A stretch of DNA of 64,000 bases from positions 36,879 to 100,878 of the forward strand of contig CAVHNP010000001.1 in the NCBI GenBank assembly GCA_963637505.1, in the 5' to 3' direction. Made by a program: the position numbers and the translations under genes. The stretch comes from Prevotella sp. CAG:279. GTDB taxonomy: Bacteria > Bacillota > Clostridia > Lachnospirales > Lachnospiraceae. A model generated the notes under the pieces. It was given only the letters and a program-made list of their open reading frames with translations, had not been told where the DNA came from and searched no databases. This document shows, piece after piece, positions 8,974 to 16,691 of the stretch (the stretch's first letter is position 1; each line of letters opens with the position of its first letter).

Positions 8974-11875
8974 TCTTACCATTGATGGCCGACAGCTTCA
9001 GGTTCCGGAGGGATATACTCTCCTGAATGCGGCCCGCCAGAATGGTATTAAGATACCTACTCTCTGTTATCTGGAGAAGGTCAATGAGATTGGCTCCTGC
9101 CGACTCTGTGTTGTAGAAGTGGAAGGAGAAAATAAGCTTTTAACCGCCTGCAATACGATCGCAAGAGACGGCATGATCGTTCATACCATGAGTGATAAGG
9201 TAGTTGCTTACCGAAAGATGGTATTGAATCTGCTTCTTTCCAATCATCATCAGGACTGCTTCTCCTGTGCCTCTAACGGCAAATGTGAGTTACAGGCAGT
9301 CTGTAATGAGTATGGTGTCTATCGTACCAGCTATAGCGGAACCCGATATAAGATCGAGGCCACCGAGAAAAATGCCCATCCTTTCCTGGGATACCGACCG
9401 ACTCTCTGTATTCAGTGTCAGAGATGTGTCGCTACCTGCGATAAAGTAAGCGGAAGAGGAGCGATCCAGCTCAGCAAAACAGGTATGTTCACCGTCATTG
9501 ACGCTCCTTTCGGAGAAAATTGGGAAAATACCACGATTTGCGAATCCTGCGGTAACTGTGCCGAAGCCTGTCCGACAGGCGCCCTTTATAAGAAGGCAGC
9601 CAAGAAATACCGTGAATGGGATCTGAAACGTGTCCGCACGACCTGTCCCCACTGTGCAGTCGGCTGCCAGATGGATCTTTTGGTTAAGAACAACCACATC
9701 GTTGGTGTGGAAGGTGCAGACGGACCGACAAACCATAATAGACTTTGCGTAAAAGGCCGTTTTGGTTCCTATAAGTTCGTAGAGTCTGGCGACCGTCTGA
9801 CAGATCCTCTGATCAAGGATAGAGAAACCGGCGAATTCAGAAAAGCAAGCTGGGATGAAGCACTTGATCTGGTTGCAAGTAAGTTTACTGCGATCCGAGA
9901 CGAATACGGCGGAGATGCACTTGCCGGATTTGCCTGCTCAAGAAGTGCAAATGAAGATATTTATATGCTTCAGAAAATGGTCCGCACAGTTTTCCAGACA
10001 AACAATACGGATAACTGTGCCCGTGTCTGACATGCCCCTACCGTCTCCGGTCTGGCGACAACATTGGGCTCCGGTGCGATGACGAACACCATTGCAGACA
10101 TTACCCAGGAATCTGACGTGATCATGATCGTTGGATCCAACTCTGAAGAAGCACATCCGGTACTCGGAATGCAGCTGAGAGCAGCTGTAAGAAGAGGTGC
10201 AAAGCTGATCGTAGCTGACCCGCGTGAGATCGACCTTGCAAAGAAAGCCAATGTGCACCTGAAATTACGCCCCGGTACAAACGTTGCCTTCATCAACGCC
10301 CTCCTTCATGTCATTATTGAAGAGGGAATGACAGATGAGGAATTCATCAAAGAACGTACTGAGGTAGAAGAATACGAAAAACTGAAAAAACTGGTTGAGA
10401 AATATACCCCTGAATATTCCGCTAAGATCTGTAATCTGGATCCGGACGATATTCGTGAGGCAGCCCGCCTTTATGCAAAGGCCGATAAGGCTCCGATCAT
10501 TTACTGTCTGGGTGTTACAGAGCATTCCACCGGTACAGAGGGCGTTATGTCCCTTTCCAATCTGGCCATGATAACCGGAAAACTCGGTCGTCCGGGCTGC
10601 GGTGTAAACCCGATCCGAGGTCAGAACAATGTACAGGGTGCCTGCGATATGGGTGCTATGCCGACCGACTTTACAGGATATCAGAAGGTTCATATCCCTG
10701 AGAATCGTGAGAAGTTTGAGAAAGCATGGGGCGTGAAGCTGAATCCGACCCCGGGTACAAAGGCAACCGAATGCTTCCCTGCTATGATCGAAGGCAAGAT
10801 CAAGGGACTCTTTATCTTCGGCGAGGATCCGATGCGTACCGATCCCGATACCCATCATGTTCTCCATGCCTTAGAAAGCCTTGATTTCCTGGTTGTAGAT
10901 GAGCTCTTTATGACAGAGACCGCAAAACTGGCTGATGTGGTTCTGCCGGGTCGCTCCTATGCGGAGAAGGAAGGAACCTTCTCTAATACAGAGCGTCGTG
11001 TGCAGCGTATCCGTAAGGCCATCACGGTTCCCGGCAACAGCCGTCTGGATACAGATATCTTTACCGATATCATGAACAGAATGGGTTATCCGCAGCCTTA
11101 CCTGACTGCAGCTGAGATCATGGATGAGATTGCTTCCCTGACACCGAGCTTTACCGGTATCTCCCATGCGAGACTGGATAGCGAGGAGATTGGCGGAAAC
11201 GGCATTCAGTGGCCCTGTCCTTCCAAGGATCATCCGGGTACACCGATCATGCATGTCGGCATGTTCAGCCGCGGAAAAGGTAACTATTACCTGGCAGAAT
11301 ATAAGCCTTCTCAGGAGCTTCCGGATGATGACTATCCGCTGATCATGATGACAGGCCGAAATCTCTATCACTACAATGCGATGGCGATGACAGATAAGAC
11401 ACCGGGACTGATGGAAATCTCCGGACACTCTTACATTGAGGTCAATACAAAGGATGCGGAAAAAGCCGGCATCCACGACGGAGAGCGTATTCGCGTTTCT
11501 TCCCGCCGAGGAACCATTTCCTCCGAGGCTCGCGTTTCGGATAAGACCAATCCGGGTGAATGCTGGATGCCTTTCCACTTCCTGGATGGTAATTCAAACT
11601 GGCTGACCAATGATGCACTCGACAGTATTGCCCGTGCACCGGAATATAAGGTTTGTGCCGTTAAGATCGAAAAGATTCCGGAAGAGGAAGCTTACACCAA
11701 GGATGGTGTATATATTACCCAGGCAATGATCGCCGAGAAGCGGAATCAGATCTATGCAGAACAGCTCGCAATTCCGACCCGCTGTGCAAACGGTGAGAGC
11801 GTAGCCATCACCAGAAGTGTGGATGATTATTCTACCCTGGTTACAGAAGGCTGTGACGGATGCTGCGGTGAGTAA
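8966..11875 (+). CDS. fdhA: Formate dehydrogenase alpha subunit, selenocysteine-containing (969 aa, U at codon 355)
   Basis: Track ORFs 8966..10030 and 10064..11875 are in the same frame and separated only by TGA 10028-10030. The Cys paralog reads NNTDNCARV-C-H at the same position. It has N-terminal 2Fe-2S/4Fe-4S clusters (CRLCVVEV, CIQCQRCVATC, CESCGNCAEACP, TTCPHCAVGC) and a MopB catalytic domain. Confidence 0.9.
10031..10069 (+). promoter_or_regulatory. Bacterial SECIS hairpin directly 3' of UGA-355
   Basis: Eighteen nt after the UGA there is an apical GGUCU loop closed by CC/GG. The stem continues GUC/GAC, and an outer GCCC/GGGC helix spans 10034-10069. I recall the same UGA-to-GGUC spacing for the E. 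coli fdhF SECIS. Confidence 0.65.
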
Positions 11876-11921
11876 GGCCATTCACAAAACGCCTTAGCGA
11901 AACCATTCCCTGTTATGGGTA

Positions 11922-11964
11922 AGGATTGGGGAATCGCAATGCGATTCCCCAATCCTATTATTAT
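11922..11964 (+). terminator. Rho-independent terminator after fdhA (16-bp perfect stem, AAT loop, T-rich tail)
   Basis: aggattggggaatcgc-aat-gcgattccccaatcct followed by attattat. Confidence 0.7.
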
Positions 11965-11967
11965 CAT

Positions 11968-12062
11968 GGGTGCAGAAGGGTGGCTGGTGTGCCCTCCGGT
12001 CTTCAAAACCGGTATGAGCTGATTTCGGCTCGGGTGGGTTCGATTCCCACCTGTACCCGCCA
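11968..12062 (+). tRNA. selC: tRNA-Sec (anticodon UCA)
   Basis: Hand-folded features: 8-bp acceptor stem (GGGUGCAG/CUGUACCC), anticodon arm CCGGU-CUUCAAA-ACCGG, 6-bp long variable arm (GAGCUG/CGGCUC), T arm GUGGG-UUCGAUU-CCCAC, discriminator G and encoded CCA. Confidence 0.9.
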
Positions 12063-12105
12063 AAAGAAATTCAATATGGATCAAACTATTTTCCATGTAT
12101 TCCCG

Positions 12106-12141
12106 GGAAGCCGCTTTCTTTTTCTAAAGCGGCTTCCTTTT
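12106..12141 (+). terminator. Rho-independent terminator after selC
   Basis: ggaagccgcttt / aaagcggcttcc 12-bp stem followed by tttt. Confidence 0.7.
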
Positions 12142-12145
12142 ATGA

Positions 12146-12247
12146 TATACTATATCGTACCGCGCTAGCGGTGCGATGCACAGCAGCTCCAAGCATTCGT
12201 AGAATGCTTCTAGTATGAGCTGCATGTCAGCGGTGCGATATAGTATA
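12146..12247 (+). repeat. Structured GC-rich palindromic module in the selC-selA spacer (18-bp outer stem plus two inner hairpins)
   Basis: tatactatatcgtaccgc pairs with gcggtgcgatatagtata (one G-U). Inner hairpins are ACCGC-GCUA-GCGGU and AGCAUUC-GUAG-GAAUGCU. The 5' 31 nt recur at 41946. Confidence 0.6.
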
Positions 12248-12261
12248 GGATAGGTAGCTGT

Positions 12262-13647
12262 ATGAATCAGAATTTATTACGACAAATTCCGAAAATGGAT
12301 AAATTATTAGAAAATGAGCAGATCGCTTCTGCGGCAGAAGGCCTTCCCCGGACGCTGGTTCGCAAGGCTCTCCAGGAAGAGCTTGATAAGCTTCGAAAAG
12401 AGCTCCTGCAGGGAGGTCTTATGCCGAAAGAAGAGGAATTATGCAAACGCATGAAGAAAGCCATCCAAAAAGCTTCTCTTTATCGTATGAGGAGGCTGAT
12501 CAATGCGACCGGCATTGTTCTTCATACCAATCTGGGCAGATCGCCCTTGGGAAAGGAAGCAGCAGAGCACGTTGCTTATACCGCAGCCGGCTACTCCAAT
12601 CTGGAATATGACCTCTCCAAGGGAAAAAGAGGCTCCCGCTATGATCTGATCGAGGATCTGATCTGCCAGATCACAGGAGCAGAAGCCGCCTTGGTGGTCA
12701 ATAATAATGCCTCTGCCGTTTTCCTCATGCTGAATACCCTTGCCAAAGGAAAGGAAGTTATTATTTCCCGGGGCGAGCTGGTCGAAATCGGCGGTTCCTT
12801 CCGAATTCCCGATATTATGGCTGCAAGCGGTACTCATCTGCATGAGATCGGAACAACCAATAAAACCCATTTGAAGGATTATGAGAAGGCTCTTTCTGAA
12901 AATGAAAACAGCCTTCTGCTGAAGGTACATACCAGTAATTTCAAATTAGTGGGCTTTTCCGAAGAGGTAGAAACAGCAGAACTGAGAAAACTGGCTGATA
13001 AATTTCAGGTTCCCCTCTTATTCGATCTGGGCGCAGGCTTTTTGATCAGACCGGAGGAGCTTGGTCTTCATGAGGGACTCTATGTGCCGGATGTCGTAAA
13101 GGAAACCGATCTTTGCTGCTTTTCCGGAGATAAGCTTTTCGGAGCAGGACAGGCCGGCATTCTGCTGGGTAAAAAAGAACTGATCGATGCCATGAAAAAA
13201 AATCAGCTCACCCGTATGCTTCGGGTAGACAAGATGACCTTAGCTGCCTTAGAAGCAAGCCTGCGTTCTTATCTGGATCCTGCCACTGCCAAGGAGCAGA
13301 TTCCGGTATTAAAAATGCTTTCTTCTTCAGAAGCAGACTTAAAAGAAAAGGCGGAAAAGATAGGGAAACTTTTGACCGAGGCCACGGCTTCCTTTCAGTT
13401 CAAAACCATTCCCTGTGAAGATGAACCGGGCGGCGGTTCCCTGCCGGCCATGACCCTTCCCGGATGGGCGATTGAAGTAAGTTCGGAAAACTATTCTCCG
13501 AATGAGTTGGAAAGCCTGCTTCGATCTGCTCCTCTTCCCGTGATCGGCCGCATCCACAAGGAACATCTGCTTCTTTCCGTCCGTACGATTTTAGAGGAGG
13601 ATATTTCCTCCTTAGTAGAAGCTTTTGTCTCTATTAAGGATCGCTGA
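12262..13647 (+). CDS. selA: L-seryl-tRNA(Sec) selenium transferase SelA
   Basis: 461 aa with a full-length SelA-like sequence (LINATGIVLHTNLGRSP..., FSGDKLFGAGQAGI). Confidence 0.9.
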   Translation: MNQNLLRQIPKMDKLLENEQIASAAEGLPRTLVRKALQEELDKLRKELLQGGLMPKEEELCKRMKKAIQKASLYRMRRLINATGIVLHTNLGRSPLGKEAAEHVAYTAAGYSNLEYDLSKGKRGSRYDLIEDLICQITGAEAALVVNNNASAVFLMLNTLAKGKEVIISRGELVEIGGSFRIPDIMAASGTHLHEIGTTNKTHLKDYEKALSENENSLLLKVHTSNFKLVGFSEEVETAELRKLADKFQVPLLFDLGAGFLIRPEELGLHEGLYVPDVVKETDLCCFSGDKLFGAGQAGILLGKKELIDAMKKNQLTRMLRVDKMTLAALEASLRSYLDPATAKEQIPVLKMLSSSEADLKEKAEKIGKLLTEATASFQFKTIPCEDEPGGGSLPAMTLPGWAIEVSSENYSPNELESLLRSAPLPVIGRIHKEHLLLSVRTILEEDISSLVEAFVSIKDR

Positions 13648-13692
13648 GCAAAGAAGAGCATTCATTTATGTATGTAATGGAAGGATCATCTT

Positions 13693-15630
13693 ATGAAACA
13701 TATTGTTTTGGGTACAGCCGGTCATATCGATCACGGCAAGACCCTCCTTACAAAAGCCCTGACCGGCATTGATACCGACCGCCTGGCAGAAGAGAAGAAG
13801 CGGGGCATTACCATCGAGCTGGGCTTTGCCCCCATGACCTTATCCGACGGAAATAAGATCAGCCTTGTTGACGTCCCCGGCCATGAAAAATTCGTCAAGA
13901 CCATGATGGCCGGCGCCTCCGGTATCGATGGTGTTTTGCTTATTATTGCTGCAGATGACGGTATTATGCCCCAGACCAGGGAACATCTGGATATCATTCG
14001 TCTCCTTCACGTACAAAAGGGTCTTCTTGTGATCACAAAATGCGATCTTGCAACAGAGGAAAGAATTTCCGAGGTAAAAGCTTCTCTCAAAGAGCTTACA
14101 AAGGGAAGCTGCCTGGAAAATGCCCCCATCTGCGAAGTATCTGCTCTGACCGGAAGCGGTATGGAGGAGCTGAAAAAAGAAATCGAAGCTCTGGTTGCCC
14201 AATTAGAAGAAAGAAAGGGCAATAAACCGGCCAGACTGCAGGCCGATCGGGCCTTTCCCGTCAGCGGCTTCGGTACGGTTGCAACCGGCACCTTAACAGA
14301 GGGCACTCTGCATGTAGGAGACAGTATCGAAATCTATCCGCAAAAAGAAGTCTGCCAGATCAGAAGTCTGCAAAATCATAATAAAAACGAGGATTCTGCC
14401 TTTGCAGGATCCAGAACAGCCATGAGTTTTTCCGGCTTGAAAAAGGATCTTCAGATCAAAGGCTCTGCCATTGCGGAGCCGGATTCCATGATCGTAACAA
14501 ATTTTCTGGATGTTTTCCTGCAGATCACACCGGATTGCAAGTATCAGATCAAGAATTCCTCCCAGCTTCATTTTTTCCATGGAACAGAAGAGGTCATAGC
14601 CAAGCTGCGCCTTCTGGACTGCGATAAACTCCTGCCCGGACAAAGCGGCTATGCCCAGATGAAACTCTCCAAGGGAATTGCTGTCCGCCTGGATGATTCC
14701 TTTCTTCTCCGCTTCTTTTCTCCGGTGATCACAATCGGAGGCGGAAAGATCCTATCCTGCCAGGGTAAGCGGCTTCGCCGTCATTATCAGCCGGTTCTGG
14801 AAAGACTGAAAAAACTAAATAGTAGAGATGAGGCCGAAAAGCTGGAGATCCGCATCGAAGAAGCCGGCATTCTTCCTATTTCCAGGCATCTGCTCCGGAC
14901 CAGAGCCAATCAGTCAGAAGAAGAATATCGCCCTGCTGAAGAAAAGCTTCTGCAAAGCGGCAGAATTTTTGAGATAAGAGACGGAAAACTGATCAGCCAG
15001 TCCGCCATTGAAGAAAGATGGGAAAAATGCAGAGAGCTTCTGCAGGCTTTTCATAAAAGCTATTCCCTCCAACCCGGCATGAAGATTGCCGAATGGAGAA
15101 AAAGACTCTTTCCGGAAGAAGGGGCTCCTTGTGATCAGCTCTTAGAGATCTGGTGCGAAAAAGGATTGCTGAAAGCAGAAAATGCCTATCTTTCCCTGGC
15201 TGATTTCGAGCCGGAATTCACCCAGCAGCATAAGATCATGCAAAGAAAGCTCCTGCATTATTATAAGGATGCCTGGCTCATGCCTCCGGAACAGAAGATC
15301 GTGGATAAAAAATTCGAAAAAAGGGGACCGATCTATAAGCAGATCCATATCAACATGCGAATGAACGGCCTGCTGATCGGTCTTTCGCCCAGCTATTATG
15401 TACATCACGAGGCTTATGCAGAGGCCCTGCGCATCTTCACTGAGCTATGTGAAAAGCAGGGCGGAAGTGCCAGTCTGGCGCAATTTCGAACAGCAGCGGA
15501 GATCTCCAGAAAATATTCCCAGCTTTTCCTGGAGTATTGGGATAAACACGGCATTAGCCGCAGGGTGGGGGATGAGCATGTTTTGATTTCAAAAGGCCGA
15601 GATGTTCTGCCCAGGATCAAAAGCCGTTGA
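13693..15630 (+). CDS. selB: Selenocysteine-specific elongation factor SelB
   Basis: GTPase motifs GHIDHGKT, DVPGHEKF and TKCD, plus long C-terminal winged-helix domains. The last 11 codons and the stop lie inside repeat copy A. Confidence 0.9.
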   Translation: MKHIVLGTAGHIDHGKTLLTKALTGIDTDRLAEEKKRGITIELGFAPMTLSDGNKISLVDVPGHEKFVKTMMAGASGIDGVLLIIAADDGIMPQTREHLDIIRLLHVQKGLLVITKCDLATEERISEVKASLKELTKGSCLENAPICEVSALTGSGMEELKKEIEALVAQLEERKGNKPARLQADRAFPVSGFGTVATGTLTEGTLHVGDSIEIYPQKEVCQIRSLQNHNKNEDSAFAGSRTAMSFSGLKKDLQIKGSAIAEPDSMIVTNFLDVFLQITPDCKYQIKNSSQLHFFHGTEEVIAKLRLLDCDKLLPGQSGYAQMKLSKGIAVRLDDSFLLRFFSPVITIGGGKILSCQGKRLRRHYQPVLERLKKLNSRDEAEKLEIRIEEAGILPISRHLLRTRANQSEEEYRPAEEKLLQSGRIFEIRDGKLISQSAIEERWEKCRELLQAFHKSYSLQPGMKIAEWRKRLFPEEGAPCDQLLEIWCEKGLLKAENAYLSLADFEPEFTQQHKIMQRKLLHYYKDAWLMPPEQKIVDKKFEKRGPIYKQIHINMRMNGLLIGLSPSYYVHHEAYAEALRIFTELCEKQGGSASLAQFRTAAEISRKYSQLFLEYWDKHGISRRVGDEHVLISKGRDVLPRIKSR

Positions 15631-15743
15631 AAAACCCCAGTGCTTAGCAAGAGGTGCATGGAACATGTGCCTCGAGCTTAGCATCTGCTGGGTTTTTCCC
15701 CGAGCGAAAGCGTGCTTTAGATCCGGCAGAATCATTCTCGGCC
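15595..15743 (-). repeat. Long-hairpin intergenic repeat, copy A (149 nt, inverted relative to copies B and C)
   Basis: Bounded by ggccgaga...tctcggcc. Its reverse complement aligns to copy C with 10 substitutions over 147 positions (hand alignment). Confidence 0.85.
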
Positions 15744-15812
15744 TTTGTGGCTCTAGGAATAACCATCCACACAATCCTGTAACCTCGTATTTAAGTAAAT
15801 TCTCCAAGGTTT

Positions 15813-16691
15813 TCAAGTATACTGCTCATAAACCTGCGTCCGGCATTTGCCCAGAAGGGTCAGTCCGTATTCCTCCGCCAGCTCGATCGCCGCATCGGAT
15901 ACGCTGGCTTTGCTTGCAAGGATAGGGATTCCGGCCTGAATTGCCTTCATAGCCATATCGGTCGGGATTCGTCCGCTGGAAAAGGCGATGCACTTTTTCG
16001 GATCGATTCCATGTCTTAGGGCATAGCCGATCGCTTTATCCAGGGCATTATGCCTGCCGATGTCTTCACAGGTAAAGAGGATTTCCCCTTCCCGCATGAG
16101 AAAACAGCTGTGTGTCGCCCCCGTCTGGGAATGGAGCGGCATTCCCTCTTCAAAACGCTTCGAAAGGGCATAGATCCAGTCGGCTTTCCAGTCGATGGGG
16201 TCTATTTTTTTTAGGGGAAGATCTTTTACAAAATAATCGTTTAAGATCCGGTTTCCGGTACAGCAGGAGGGTGTCACTTCTACATAGGCTTCCTCTGCTT
16301 TTTTCGCCTCCGGGATATCCCCATCCCTTGTCAGCCTTCCATCACCGTCTTTTTCCCTTCTAAAGGACTGCTCTGTACTGTCTTCTCCGCCTTCCTTTAA
16401 GGTTACAAAGGCCTGTTTGCCATATCTGCAGATATAGATCTCCTCCACATCCTCCGCTCCGGAGATGATTCCCTCTGTCAGAAGCCTTCCTAAAACAAGT
16501 TCGGTAAGCTGGGTTGGAATGCAGATCAGCTTCATGGTATGCAGATTGTTAATATAGACATCAATTGCATGCTCAACAAGAACAGACCGCCTTTTGATTG
16601 CGGTCTGTCCATCTGAGCCTACAGCTCTGTATTCTGTTTCTTTGATTGTTTCCGGTTGAAATTCAGTGTATAATTCACGAATTTTCATCAC
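15813..16691 (-). CDS. fdhD: Formate dehydrogenase accessory sulfurtransferase FdhD
   Basis: 292 aa with a C-terminal FdhD signature region (GATHSCFL..., CEDIGRHNALDKAIGYAL). It overlaps the fdhA(Cys) stop by 17 nt. Confidence 0.85.
   Translation of the reverse strand: MMKIRELYTEFQPETIKETEYRAVGSDGQTAIKRRSVLVEHAIDVYINNLHTMKLICIPTQLTELVLGRLLTEGIISGAEDVEEIYICRYGKQAFVTLKEGGEDSTEQSFRREKDGDGRLTRDGDIPEAKKAEEAYVEVTPSCCTGNRILNDYFVKDLPLKKIDPIDWKADWIYALSKRFEEGMPLHSQTGATHSCFLMREGEILFTCEDIGRHNALDKAIGYALRHGIDPKKCIAFSSGRIPTDMAMKAIQAGIPILASKASVSDAAIELAEEYGLTLLGKCRTQVYEQYT

Noticed and set aside
10064-11875. Track ORF starting at Met 10064, read as an independent 603-aa molybdopterin oxidoreductase gene.
   Set aside because: It is in frame with 8966..10030 across a single TGA, has no RBS, and would lack the N-terminal FeS domains and the catalytic residue. 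It is treated as the C-terminal part of the Sec-FdhA.
15589-15925. 60-110-aa ORFs on both strands running through the long-hairpin repeats (also 41779..42084 and 56244..56457).
   Set aside because: Open frames on both strands are expected for a long palindrome. The copies lack consistent starts or RBS, and amino-acid changes between copies are not conservative. Only the selB read-in (11 codons) is likely to be translated.
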